From an uncultured Chloroflexia bacterium (lineage in GTDB: Bacteria; Chloroflexota; Chloroflexia; QHBQ01; JADMIH01), in the NCBI GenBank assembly GCA_963797095.1, contig CAWCNY010000008.1, positions 1 through 64,000 of the forward strand: a stretch of 64,000 nucleotides of DNA, read 5' to 3'. The notes beneath the pieces were generated by a model. That model was not told the DNA's origin. It worked only from the letters and a program-made list of their open reading frames with translations, and made no database searches. A program made the position numbers and the translations under genes. Positions 19,668 through 30,374 of the stretch are shown piece by piece; the stretch's first letter is position 1; each line of letters begins with the position of its first letter.

Positions 19668-22600
19668 CTAAGCATCTAAAGGAGCAAGGCGAATATCTCT
19701 GTTCCCTCGGAGATCTCCTTGTTGACTATTGCCCCATACCTGAACGTGGATGCTCTTCCTTTCCCCTTCCCACAGGGGCACAACACAAGTACGGCGTAAC
19801 AGGTTCTTCCACAGCTGAGCGTTTGTAAACGCTTCCTCGTCTGGACTGAAGAGGGAGAAGACCGAGCGCGAAGCCACCAGGATCATCTTCTCCTTGGCCC
19901 GACTGATCGCTACAGTCAAACGGTTCGGGTCGTACAGGAACTTGCCTGAAACCAACAGATAATCGCGGTCGCTCTCGGTAGCGCTGTACACGACGGCAGT
20001 ACGCTCCCCGCCCTGGAAGCGCTCCACGGTGTCTACAGCCGATATCAGCACCGAGCCAGTTTCGGGATCCATTACCCTCAGTTCGGGGAACGCGGTCTGC
20101 ATGTCGGCTCGCTGCGCCCGGTGGGGCACCACTACTCCAAGGCCATGCCTGGCATCTAGCGCATAGGTAGCGCTGTCGGCCAGCGCTTCCAGCACGGGTG
20201 CCATCAGATCTCGCTCGAATGGGTTACGGGTCTGGCTGGTGGCTTCGTCGTGTACAACCACTACGAGCGGGTGTTCGGGGTTGAGCACCGCTGCGACGAA
20301 CGCGTCGGGGTGCTCGAAAGAAGGCAACACATCCGTCTTGTTGGAATGATAGCGTATGCCGTCTTTGGCGTAGATCTCGCGGCGCAGAAACTCGGCCATC
20401 GCAGAGTGGAGGCGAAAGCTCTCGGCGAACTTGATCATCGGGATTGGCGGGTCTTGCTCGAGGAGGGTGACGAACAGCGAACGGTAGGTCTTGAACTCCT
20501 TAAATGTCCGCTTCGGCTCGTTGTCCCACGTGTGCTTGATGATGGGAGCCATCTGCCGGTGGTCGCCTACCACGATAAGTTGACCAGTAGGCTTGAGAGG
20601 CAAGGCTGCCATAACAGCTTCCGGGATGTTCATCTGCGATGCCTCGTCGAGCACCAGCAGATCGCAGAAGTAATGCCCGAACAGGTCTTTGTTGCCCCAT
20701 CGCGCCTTGACCATCCCATAGATGTGCCCCGGCGTCGAGGCCACCACGCACCACTTCGACCGGATTACGATGTCGGCGTTGCCGTCCTCTCCTTTCTCTT
20801 TGTCTCGCTCCTTGTCGAGATTAGTAACGCCCGGCATGGGCTGCTTGGGCGCTACTCTGAACAACTCGACATCGAGTAGGCGAGGGTCGAAGTAGTGTGC
20901 AAATAAGTCGGCATAGTGTTCATGGAAGTACCTGAGGCAACCCTGAACGTCGCGCACGTTCTCAAGGAGCACGTCGGTGGCGGCGTGCGTCTTGCATGAA
21001 ATGAACACTCGGGATGGACGCTCGGAGGACATAGCGCCCTGCATACGGGCGAATATAGCGAACGCTGTTGAGTAGCTCTTGCCCGTGCCTGGCGGCCCCT
21101 GCACCAGCAGCGCCGGATCGTCACCGTGATTTGCTATGTACTCACGCTTGCTCTCCTCGAACTGCGGCATCTCCCGCTCGTCGAGGGCATGCAGCGCCTC
21201 CAGCCCTTCGTAGAAACGAGCCTGTCCTTCCATCGCCCGATCGTCCCACTCCACGTAGCCGCCCTCCGGATTGGCGAGCCTGTTGTAAACGGTGTTCAGT
21301 TCGGTGTGGCCTGCCTCCACGGCTTCGGAGAGGGCTTTGGTGGTGACCATGCACCAGTAACCGTAGATGTCGTTGATGTCAGGGTCGAGCGTGTAAAGCT
21401 TGCCCTCAACAAGCGGGCGATCTTCGGAGCCTGAGCCAAAGACGAAGCCTCTGGACCAATCTCCACCAAACTGGTCCTGCCATTCCACCTCTACGAAGGC
21501 TCGTACAGCCTCGCCCTCGTCGTTGCGCCCGACCTCGACACGCTCGATCCTCACCTGCGGCCCGTACAGCATCTGCTTGGGCGTCGGCGTCTGGGGCGTG
21601 CGCTCCTCCAGCGGAAGGCGCTCGTCGTAGGTGATGCGAGGGTAGAGGATAACTGTCTCGCCCTCCCGCAGGTTGGTGAGGCCGAGCACTTCGTCCAGCC
21701 CTGCGTCAACGCCCACCTCCGATGTTTCGAGACGCAGGCGGTAGCGCATCCCTACCTGTGTGTAGTCGCACGCCTTTTTCTGGTCGGGCGGCAGGCGTAC
21801 CTGCTTGGCTGTGGGGTTGGCCGCTTTGAAGGCCGCGCGGTACTGCTCCCGCAGGACCTGGCGGCGTGCGTGCTCGCGGTTTGCTTCAACCACCTCAGGG
21901 TCCTGGTCCTCTTCGCGGTAGCGAACCAGCAGGGTCTCGCCCATGAGCACGCGCCGTTCGGGCGCGATGTTGCGGGCTGCTTTCCACCCTGCCAGCGTCA
22001 CGTGGCGCTCGATTGTGACGAACTCCTCCAGGGCGTGCGCCAGCGAAGGCGCTTTCTCCGAGAAGGAGGCCAGGTCGGGCAGGCTGAAGGCTGTCTTGGT
22101 GGTGAGGCGGTTGCCCTGGAAATCGCGGCTCACTATATAATGCATAGCGTCCAGCCGCCTGGCCTGGAACTCGCAGATAAGCTCGGAGGTGGCTCTGCGG
22201 TACGGCTCGAAGGGGTCGGCTTTGCCTTCGGCGGGGTATGGCAGCTCGCCCCAGGCGTGGTAGGCGAACTCGAGCGGGATCTCGCTCTTGAAGCGGGAGC
22301 GGTTGGTGTACCACGCCTGCTGGTCCTCCCGGTCCTCGAGCTTGCCCCAGAAGTCGAACATGCGCTCGCGGAAGATGGCACGGTAGTTCTGGGGGCTGCG
22401 CCAGTCGAACTTGAGGAAGGCTGCCACCGCCTGAAGCGACTGGCAGAGCATCGGGTAATTCTTCAGCTCGCGTATCTCGTCGTCCAGGAAGGTGGCGATT
22501 GGAGAGTCGAAAGCCGCCTTCTGGGTGAGGAAATCGTACATGGGCGTGGCGGCCAGGATAGTGGGGAGGTGGCGGGCGAGGGCGTCCAGCAGCACCCTCT

Positions 22601-24143
22601 GCTCGTACCTGTTGAAGAAGATCAGGTGGATGGGAGCGTTCGGCTGGCCGTTCTCGTCGGGCGCGACCAGCTCGGCCACTGCACCCAGCGTCTCCGCTAT
22701 CCACTCGACCAGCAGCGCCCGTTCCTCTTCGTCGGTTTGAGGAGGGGCTGAGGTCATTTTGACCACGCTGCGATGCTCGGCCTTCTCCACACCGCCCTCG
22801 TAAGCCACCACCAACGCGCCAATAAGGTAAACGCGGTCCTGAAGGTAATCGTGCTGGGCGTCTATGTACACTTTGACCAGGTTCGGGTTGTGGTTGGCAT
22901 CGCAGTAGGGGAGTGAGCCGTGACCTTTGCTTGGGATGTAGGGGAGGGCTTCTACATCGTATTTCTTCCAGTTGAGATAGCGCCTGGCACGCAGGATAAG
23001 CTCATCGAGGCGGTGTCCGATGCCCCACTGTCCGGATAGCTGCCTGGTCAGTTTCTCCTTGCCCGCCGAAGGCACGAGACTATCGAAGGTATTGCCGTTT
23101 GCACTCTGCACAAAGTGTAGCTGCTTCAATTCGGCAAGATCGAAGATGGAGTTGATACCTTTGCGCCGCAGCGCCTCCTTTTCGAGCGCCGTCAGGTGCG
23201 GCACCAGCGACAGGTCGTCGCGGTCCGCTGTCCACTTCATGCAGTACTCGTTGTACAGACACCCGTCGCATTTGTGGTCGAGGTGGTATGGCAACTCCTC
23301 AAATGGTGCATTCAGCAGGCGAAGAGCCGTGGAATCCGGCCCCGGGACCAGGTTTTCCACGGAATCAAGGTAAGGCGTAGCATCGGGCGCGATCTCAAGG
23401 AGCGCATCGTCAACGCCAAATAGCTGTTCCGCGAGAGCCTGCTCATCTGAAATACGGGCAAGCTCTTCGTGGTCGAGGCCGTCGGTGGGGAGGGCAGATC
23501 CCCGGTAGAGGATGCCCATGCTGATCTCGCCGTGCTCGATACCGACACTATCAAGCAAGGAGGAAAGCATACTGTGGTAGAACGCCACCTGCAAGCGGTG
23601 CTCCATCTTCGCCTCGGCGGAGCTTTTCATGTCGGCGATGAGGAGGCGGAGGGTGCCGTCCTCATAGCGCTCCATGCGCAGGATGTCAATGTCGCCCCGG
23701 AACCACCAATTACCGAGAGGTAGCGAAAGGCGGACCTGGAAGAGCACAAGCACCTGGCCGGGCGGCAGGTCCTTTGCCGATTTCACAACCAGATCGTTAT
23801 CAGAAATCCGCCGTTCAGAGAGATCGTTGGCCAGGTTCCGCGTTGGGTAGTGGGCCGATACCTGGGCTTCCACTTTCTCCTCGAACGATTGGCCTGAGCG
23901 GGTCAGCAAAGGTGGGATCGTTTGCGGGTGGACGCCGTACTCGTCGAAGAAGCCTCGCCCATGTGCGCGCTCGTGGAGGCGCAGGCGCAGGTAGCGCTGG
24001 CACTGCTCAAGACGGATGAACTGCGAGATGTCGGTGGGCGATATCCTGTAAGGCGGGTGCGGTGCAGTAGCTGACGCCGGGGACGTGGCAGGAGCAGAGT
24101 CTGATGTAGGGTCTGGAAGGTCAATGGGTAGGTCGTCCAGCAT
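19668..24143 (-). CDS. RecB/Cas4-like nuclease fused to a Dna2/NAM7-type SF1 helicase, 1491 aa
   Basis: GDIDIL..IADMKSS..QVAFY; Cys cluster C...CDGC..C; GPPGTGKS, DEASQ, GDHRQ, DTVERFQGGE, NRLTVAISRAK. Confidence 0.88.
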   Translation of the reverse strand: MLDDLPIDLPDPTSDSAPATSPASATAPHPPYRISPTDISQFIRLEQCQRYLRLRLHERAHGRGFFDEYGVHPQTIPPLLTRSGQSFEEKVEAQVSAHYPTRNLANDLSERRISDNDLVVKSAKDLPPGQVLVLFQVRLSLPLGNWWFRGDIDILRMERYEDGTLRLLIADMKSSAEAKMEHRLQVAFYHSMLSSLLDSVGIEHGEISMGILYRGSALPTDGLDHEELARISDEQALAEQLFGVDDALLEIAPDATPYLDSVENLVPGPDSTALRLLNAPFEELPYHLDHKCDGCLYNEYCMKWTADRDDLSLVPHLTALEKEALRRKGINSIFDLAELKQLHFVQSANGNTFDSLVPSAGKEKLTRQLSGQWGIGHRLDELILRARRYLNWKKYDVEALPYIPSKGHGSLPYCDANHNPNLVKVYIDAQHDYLQDRVYLIGALVVAYEGGVEKAEHRSVVKMTSAPPQTDEEERALLVEWIAETLGAVAELVAPDENGQPNAPIHLIFFNRYEQRVLLDALARHLPTILAATPMYDFLTQKAAFDSPIATFLDDEIRELKNYPMLCQSLQAVAAFLKFDWRSPQNYRAIFRERMFDFWGKLEDREDQQAWYTNRSRFKSEIPLEFAYHAWGELPYPAEGKADPFEPYRRATSELICEFQARRLDAMHYIVSRDFQGNRLTTKTAFSLPDLASFSEKAPSLAHALEEFVTIERHVTLAGWKAARNIAPERRVLMGETLLVRYREEDQDPEVVEANREHARRQVLREQYRAAFKAANPTAKQVRLPPDQKKACDYTQVGMRYRLRLETSEVGVDAGLDEVLGLTNLREGETVILYPRITYDERLPLEERTPQTPTPKQMLYGPQVRIERVEVGRNDEGEAVRAFVEVEWQDQFGGDWSRGFVFGSGSEDRPLVEGKLYTLDPDINDIYGYWCMVTTKALSEAVEAGHTELNTVYNRLANPEGGYVEWDDRAMEGQARFYEGLEALHALDEREMPQFEESKREYIANHGDDPALLVQGPPGTGKSYSTAFAIFARMQGAMSSERPSRVFISCKTHAATDVLLENVRDVQGCLRYFHEHYADLFAHYFDPRLLDVELFRVAPKQPMPGVTNLDKERDKEKGEDGNADIVIRSKWCVVASTPGHIYGMVKARWGNKDLFGHYFCDLLVLDEASQMNIPEAVMAALPLKPTGQLIVVGDHRQMAPIIKHTWDNEPKRTFKEFKTYRSLFVTLLEQDPPIPMIKFAESFRLHSAMAEFLRREIYAKDGIRYHSNKTDVLPSFEHPDAFVAAVLNPEHPLVVVVHDEATSQTRNPFERDLMAPVLEALADSATYALDARHGLGVVVPHRAQRADMQTAFPELRVMDPETGSVLISAVDTVERFQGGERTAVVYSATESDRDYLLVSGKFLYDPNRLTVAISRAKEKMILVASRSVFSLFSPDEEAFTNAQLWKNLLRRTCVVPLWEGERKSIHVQVWGNSQQGDLRGNRDIRLAPLDA

Positions 24144-24385
24144 GCAGTAAGCCTCTCGGATATAATAATTGGAAGGTTGCGGCGGTCAAGCTCAGGAATG
24201 GCTGGTATCCAGTTACCATTACCAAGTAGATAATACGGGCCAGTACATAATAGAAGTACTGGCACCTTAGCTCAACTAATATAGCAAGATTCCGATCTGA
24301 AGGCAACTGAGTTGGCAGCAATCAATCCGACGATCGGCACATTGGTGAAAGAATAGGTGACATGCACTTATGGAGGAACTGAACG

Positions 24386-24790
24386 ATGGTAGAACCGCAT
24401 GACAAGGAAATGCGTGATCCCCTGGAGAAGAAGCGAAAGGATTACCGGCACCAACGACCAACTTCGGAGGGTGGAGAAGCATGGCATAAAGTAAGGTCGC
24501 GGCTACCAAGAATGGAGAGGAGACAGTACCGGCATGCGCAAGACCAAGTGTTGCGCGATGCAATCCAAGACCTCGATGCCGGGGCTCTAGAGGCGAGCGA
24601 CAACGTGAATGCGCTGAAAAGAAAGTACTTCCGACTGCTCCGCTACCGCAGGGAAATACCGCTGGGCAAGAAAGTGGAACTGAGGAGAGCGGGTGTACGG
24701 CGGCTCATGTACTGGGTACCGGCTGGAAGAAAACAAGGCCGAAAGTATAGACCCTGGCGTGATAACATGCGCGCCTGGATCAATGAGTAG
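24386..24790 (+). CDS. Basic hypothetical protein
   Basis: 134-aa ORF with a GGAGG RBS; no motif recognised. Confidence 0.5.
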   Translation: MVEPHDKEMRDPLEKKRKDYRHQRPTSEGGEAWHKVRSRLPRMERRQYRHAQDQVLRDAIQDLDAGALEASDNVNALKRKYFRLLRYRREIPLGKKVELRRAGVRRLMYWVPAGRKQGRKYRPWRDNMRAWINE

Positions 24791-24890
24791 TCAGGTATAG
24801 TTCGTAGCCTTTACTTTCGAGTTGCTAGAGACATAACGGCCAACGACTTTCGGCAATGGGCTGACACACTGTACTTCATGCATGGCACCA

Positions 24891-25523
24891 TCATATAGAA
24901 GCAGTCAACAGCCGCTCCGCTAGCTGGAGGGCATCGGCGGGCCACAGACCGGCGGGTCTCGGCTGCTTTGTTGGAGTGACACCATGCAGAGGGCGGCACG
25001 ATAGAACCATGGCGCGCCACTGCTCAGGCCACGCATCTCTCCCATATACCGCCCCGAGCAGCGCACCGCATATTGCTCCGTTGGTGTCCGTGTCCCCTCC
25101 CGAACGGACGGTGCGTACAACCCCTTCTACGGCGCTCGGTGCATTCACCAACTGATAGAAGGCGTTCTGCAGTGCAATGAGCACCCAGTCCAGGCTGCGC
25201 ATATAATCTTCAGGCGGCGATGCTGACGCCTTTACCAGTGCTGCCATGACCGGCCCAGGCACGCCCCGTTTCTTCGCCCACTCAAGAGCCCACTTGTACA
25301 TCTCGCCGGGCGTACCACCTTCCGCCACTGCATGCGCAATCGTAGCAGCAAATAGCCCCGATGCCGCCTGGCACACTTCGTTCGGGTGCGTGAGTGAAGC
25401 GTCAGAGCGTGCAGCCTCGTCAACCTCCAGTGGTGATCGCCGCCAACCCCAGATGCCCAGTGGGCTTACCCTCATGAGCGCCCCGTTCGCCTGGCTGGTC
25501 GTGCTGGCACTCGACCGGCACAC
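24891..25523 (-). pseudogene. ADP-ribosylglycohydrolase, C-terminal fragment
   Basis: ANGALMRVSP, GGDTDTNGAICGAL; lacks the N-terminal GD/TDD motifs; paralogous to 48562-50493. Confidence 0.8.
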
Positions 25524-25587
25524 GGCAGCGCAATTACCCTCGTCCGTCCGCTCTCACTTTGCGTACCAACTCACTCGCCTTCATTCA

Positions 25588-27030
25588 TTATACCTTTAAC
25601 CCGCGCTTTAGCTCCCCCACCAATTCGCCTGGCTGATAGTCAGAGTGCAGGTAGAGCAGGTCGCACACAGTTACTGCAGTGCGGATCAATTGTCGCAAGT
25701 TTATGCGGTGTTGCGAGAGCGCCCGTGACAGCATTCCCGGCACGTCACCGGACACATCTGCGTATCGGCCGGGCGTGGAAGCCTCTGTAGAGGGTTTGCT
25801 CTGACTATAGTCATACGCCAGTGCGTGATAGCGCAGCAGCGTATCAAAGAACACCCGGATGTCTTTCTCGATAAAGCGGTCGTCCAGCCGCACGATCTGG
25901 GAGAGGGCCAACCACGACCCGACGGGCATCCTGTCCGCGCTCTCCGTGAGCGCGAACAAAAAGAGGATGCGAGGTTCCGAAATGTAGCTTACCGGGTATT
26001 CGGCGCGGGTGTTGTCGGGGATCGTGCGCGCATCTATGCGACCGTTGTTCAGGCCCAGCGCCGATACGATCATCGCCTTGAAGAACGAATCGGCTCGCTC
26101 GCGCTGCGCCGCCCGTAGCAACGAGTAGTGCTCCAACTCGTCTATCAGCACGGACAGCCCGCTGTACCCGAGCAGGGTAGCCAGGGTGCTGATACCGGTA
26201 AGCATGTAGCTGTACTGGCGAGCCGTCTCGCCCGTCACGTAGAGGGGCGGCGGCTTTTTCAAACAGCTTCTCATGTCGGCCTGGGGTCTGGTCCGGCCAC
26301 TCAGCCACTCTACGACCTGGTCGAAAGCCAACTGGCTGGAGCAATCCTGCACAGCGAGCAGGGCCGATGCAAGCGGGCAGTTCTTCGGCTCGCGGGGGCA
26401 CATTTCAACGAAGCGTGCGATAACCGAGGGGTTTTCAAGCGCTTTGTTGACCAGGGGAAGAAGGCCGCGCTCATCGGTGTCGGGGTAGCGCAGAGAGGTG
26501 ACCAGCGCCTCGTATATCTTGTTCGCCTTACCGGGAGGCACCTCCACCAGATCGAGGCTGGCGGAAGCGACCAGGAAGTTCTCGCGCAGGCCGCGCCTGG
26601 CGGCAAGCTCGATGAAGTGGCTCTTGCCGAAGCCGTAATCGCCTATCACGGCCAGCGCATCGCCGCTGCGCTCTTTGCTCCTTGCGAGCGCCCTCTCCAG
26701 GGTCACCTGCTCGGCTTCTAGCCCGATGGTCAGCGTCTCTGCGTCCTGCACGGGCACCACACCAACGCGCAGCGCCCCCAGTGTTTGCTGGGCGCGAAAC
26801 TGGTCGCCTTCCAGCACCATCGTGCGAACAGGCAAAGGTTGTACTCGTACAACAGGCGCATGGGATAACTCGTCGAACTCCCTCGAAGGCAAGCGAAACC
26901 GCCGACCCGATTCGAACTGTACCTCCCACTCGAACCCGCCCATGAAGGTTCGTAGCAGCGAACCGGGACCGAACTGCGGGTGATGCACTCGTTTGGTTTC
27001 TATAGAGTCCATATCGTAGCGGTAGTCCAA
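25588..27030 (-). CDS. BrxD/DUF2791-like P-loop ATPase with an N-terminal Tudor/SH3-like domain
   Basis: RVHHPQFGPG, ALRVGVVP, Walker A GDYGFGKSH, Walker B VLIDELE. Confidence 0.8.
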   Translation of the reverse strand: MDYRYDMDSIETKRVHHPQFGPGSLLRTFMGGFEWEVQFESGRRFRLPSREFDELSHAPVVRVQPLPVRTMVLEGDQFRAQQTLGALRVGVVPVQDAETLTIGLEAEQVTLERALARSKERSGDALAVIGDYGFGKSHFIELAARRGLRENFLVASASLDLVEVPPGKANKIYEALVTSLRYPDTDERGLLPLVNKALENPSVIARFVEMCPREPKNCPLASALLAVQDCSSQLAFDQVVEWLSGRTRPQADMRSCLKKPPPLYVTGETARQYSYMLTGISTLATLLGYSGLSVLIDELEHYSLLRAAQRERADSFFKAMIVSALGLNNGRIDARTIPDNTRAEYPVSYISEPRILFLFALTESADRMPVGSWLALSQIVRLDDRFIEKDIRVFFDTLLRYHALAYDYSQSKPSTEASTPGRYADVSGDVPGMLSRALSQHRINLRQLIRTAVTVCDLLYLHSDYQPGELVGELKRGLKV

Positions 27031-27045
27031 TGCAAGGCCTCCGAC

Positions 27046-28344
27046 TTAATATGGACGCTGCTGCTCGTCGGCCATCAGATCGAGGGCATTGCTCTCCCCT
27101 CTGATGCGAGCGTCAGCATACTCCGAGTTGACGGCGATTTGCCCCTCCTCTTTCTGCCGGAACCACTCGGTAACGAGCGCCTTCACGAAGAGGCGGCGGT
27201 GACTCACCGCCAGGTAGGAATTGACGGCGGCCAGCGCCAGCGCGCGGATGTTCTCGCTCTGCATCTCCCCATCGAGCTTTACGTCGTACGCCGTCTCGAA
27301 GATCGGCATGAGGCGATAACCGATCTGCACCAGCAGTTCCTCGTCTGGGATGTCGAGGTGGTCCAGATTGATCTGGGGGCTGAAAGGGTTTGTACGGGAG
27401 AAATAGTCGGCGGCCTGCACCCTCTGCTGGAGGGCAGGGTACTTCGGCACGACGGTGTGCAGGAAATCGGGAGGCACCGCGTACATGAAGAGCGCGCCGG
27501 GCAAGTCTTCGCGGCAGCGGTCTATAACCTCGCACAGGTTGTCGGTGGCGGTCTTCTCGGCCTTGCCGCCGATCGACAGCATACGATCGCCCTCGTCGAA
27601 CAGGAGCGCCAACCCGGTGTAGCCCAGGGCGCGCACCGCCTGGCACAGGGAGCGGAGCATCTTGAAGGCGTTGTTGCGGTTGACCTTCTCGGTCACGCCA
27701 ATGGCGCGCAGGTCGCGCATATCTTCGGGTGTAACTTCCTCGCCGTGCAGCCAGCGCTCCAGCGTCTCCACCCTGCGCTCTTGCCCCCGAAGTAGGGCGG
27801 TGAAATAGCCCTGCACCGCTTTGTGGAAGCTGAGGCTGTCTATGTGGGTGGAGGCGAGGGTGCTCAAGAACGCGCGCACTTCGGGGATATCTTCGGCGCC
27901 TTCGTCCTGTAAATCGAGGCCGTGCGGGCCGACTATGCGCCGCAGGGTGCCTTCGAGAAAGCGCCCCAAACCTTATTCGTCTTCGGCCAGGCCGCAAGCT
28001 CGTGCCAGACGATTGATGATGCGACCGCGCTGTACACGCGGCGCTGGTCGTCGTAGGGGCTTTCTTTGGGACTGAGGTCCACTTTGCTCACGGCAAAGTT
28101 GCGCTGCCATGCGCGGTCGCGCACGCAATAGAGGAAGTGCGACTTGCCGCTGCCGTAGTCTCCCACCACCAGCTTGAATACAACGCCACCGTCAGCCAGG
28201 TACGAGCCGAGATAATGGGTGTCGATGGCGTTGAGGAGCGACTCGTTGCCCACGTTGTAGTAGCTCACGCCCTCTGGGCATGGGAGTGCCCGATTGCCCC
28301 AGAGTCTCGATTATCTGGCGGGCCAGGCGCGGTTCAGGCAGCAT
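27046..28344 (-). pseudogene. Second BrxD/DUF2791-like P-loop ATPase, two frameshifts
   Basis: ATG 28344 with RBS (MLPEPRLARQII..GTP), GDYGSGKSH, LLFDEGD; frame changes near 28275 and 27980. Confidence 0.78.
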
Positions 28345-28425
28345 AGTTTTGTCCTCCCTTTAACCCTTGTTCCTTCGGGCATCCTCCTCCATTTTCGAGA
28401 GGCCCTTTCACTGTCAGGGATCACG

Positions 28426-28863
28426 CTAAGGCTCGCTCAACTCAAACAATGTTTTAGGGCCGGACTTATCAAAGGTGACGCTGAATACGTCGAAGAAGCC
28501 CTCACGCCCCAGCACGTAAGGGACGTTACCTCTGGCGAAGACCATTGGCAATTGAAGCAAGATACCCATTTCAGCGATTAGTATGGTTACTTCATGCACC
28601 CGCCCCTGAATCCAGCAATCCTTACGCCTCGATATGCCTCGAAGTGGGACCGGTTCGCCATCCTGCCAACGAAAGCCTATCTGATTACACAACTCTTGTG
28701 GTGCCATGCTCAGGTCGGCACCGCTATCTACAAGAAAATCACGCTCCAAAAAGCTTTGATCTCCACGTACCAGGACCGGCAATATCGGGCGGAAAATGCT
28801 TTCGCCACCAGGGTGTACGAACTGACGCCACTCACGAACAAACCGAATAGACGGCGTAGGCAT
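28426..28863 (-). CDS. Retropepsin-like aspartyl protease-domain protein
   Basis: FLVDSGAD and VLGREGFFDVF. Confidence 0.75.
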   Translation of the reverse strand: MPTPSIRFVREWRQFVHPGGESIFRPILPVLVRGDQSFLERDFLVDSGADLSMAPQELCNQIGFRWQDGEPVPLRGISRRKDCWIQGRVHEVTILIAEMGILLQLPMVFARGNVPYVLGREGFFDVFSVTFDKSGPKTLFELSEP

Positions 28864-29128
28864 CGGGTGGCTCCATATAGAATATCCGCACCTTTTCTTT
28901 CCCGAGTGCCTTTAGCTTCTCCTGAAGTCCGGCAGCCGACACATCGGATGCTACCACGTGCTTGTCTTGGCTGACTGCCACGTATTGGCCGTTGTATCGT
29001 GCCTGCTCTTCAGCCGCCCACGAGTTGAGCCACTTGTCCATTTCAGGGCTTACTAACTCCAGTAGCTCCTGGTCATCCAGCTCATATCTTGTAACATTTG
29101 GTTTCATCAGCAAATCTCCTAATCCCAT
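28832..29128 (-). CDS. DUF5678-like small protein
   Basis: RYNGQYVAV....VVASD; overlaps the protease gene. Confidence 0.65.
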   Translation of the reverse strand: MGLGDLLMKPNVTRYELDDQELLELVSPEMDKWLNSWAAEEQARYNGQYVAVSQDKHVVASDVSAAGLQEKLKALGKEKVRIFYMEPPDAYAVYSVCS

Positions 29129-29176
29129 TTTACACTTTATGAGTTAATCCCTGCCTAAACTTACCTGTTAGCTGCT

Positions 29177-30225
29177 CTAATCTTTAACAAACTCTATATC
29201 CGCTATGTAGCGCCCATCGTAAGGCGTGTCACCTTCGACGATCCACATACTCTTCGTAGGGCTGTCGGTTTGCGATTTGGTGGCGCTGTGGGCCTTCACC
29301 ACCTGCCCCTCGTATGCCTGGCGCTGGCGGCCGGTGAACTCATAGAAATCGTACTCGAACTGCGCCCGCAGATAATCGGTGAAAGTCTGCTTGCTAGGCT
29401 GGCTGGCGAACGCCCGACCCTGGCGCAGCAGCACCATCTCCATGTAGCAGTCAACGATGTTCACTCGCGCCCCTGCGCCGTTCGTGCCTCGTTTGCGGTG
29501 GGCGATCTGGTAGGCTTCGTGGAACTGGGCGATCCAGGCCTTGCCGTCCTGGTTCCGACCCATGATCGCCTTCGACGCACCGGCGTAAGCTTTCATGGCG
29601 GCGTCCACTGTTATGGGCGCATGAGGCACCACGATGTCTTTGCCGTAACGGAGCACTATGAAGCGCCTGGCGAAGTTGGCCTCAAGCTCAATGCGCCCGA
29701 TCTCGAAGCGAGGCGGTCGCCCGCCTAGCTGGAAGCCCTGCGCCGACAGGGCCGAGCGGAGCCTCTGGCCGAACTCGTCACCAAGCATGCGCTGGGCCAC
29801 GTCAAGCTCTTCGCGCAAGAGCGGGAGCACCTCGCGCACGTCTTGTTGCCTTGCCGCATCCAGAATAGCAAGAGCCTTATCTAACCGAACCACGTCCACA
29901 GGCTCCGAGCGTAAGGACGATGCGGCATCTTTCAGCGCGCCCGTGAGGGCAGCCAGGCTCTTTAACTCGCGCCTGATGTCGGGCAGCATCGGGTCCATTG
30001 CTTCTTCTTTGAGCCTGCTCACAGCGAAAGCTTCCTGAGCATCGTTGAGGCCGTCGGAAGAGACTCCGGAGTTCAGCGCACCGAGGTCCCGAACGCCTTT
30101 TGGGCCTTGCTATTGGCGTTTGTGACCCCTTTGAACGCCGCCTGCAAGGTGGCCACGGCTTTTTGCTGCTGAGTATAGGTCTCGCGCAGCGTGTCGAGTT
30201 GAGCGATTAGTATCTCGTTGGGCAT
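29177..30225 (-). pseudogene. Helical hypothetical protein leading the ATPase operon, frameshifted near 30090
   Basis: ATG at 30225 (MPNEILIAQLDTLRETY) is out of frame with the 29177-30022 ORF. Confidence 0.6.
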
Positions 30226-30374
30226 AACTTGATTCACCTGCTATTGGAGGTTTGGAGTATCAAGTGGCAATCATTTTACCGCAATCTGTGTCTGTAGTCG
30301 AAGGGCGACAAGTGTTGAGCGTCGCCCTCGTCGAGCAGTGACAACTCTCTGGGCCAGCGGATCGAGCAATAAGG

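Noticed and set aside
20250-22751. Long antisense and alternate-frame ORFs inside the helicase, ATPase and MalT genes
   Set aside because: These are shadow ORFs expected in GC-rich coding DNA.
25588-28344. Complete BREX or Shango system
   Set aside because: No pglZ, pglX, brxC, TerB-like protein or Lhr-type helicase is present in the window.
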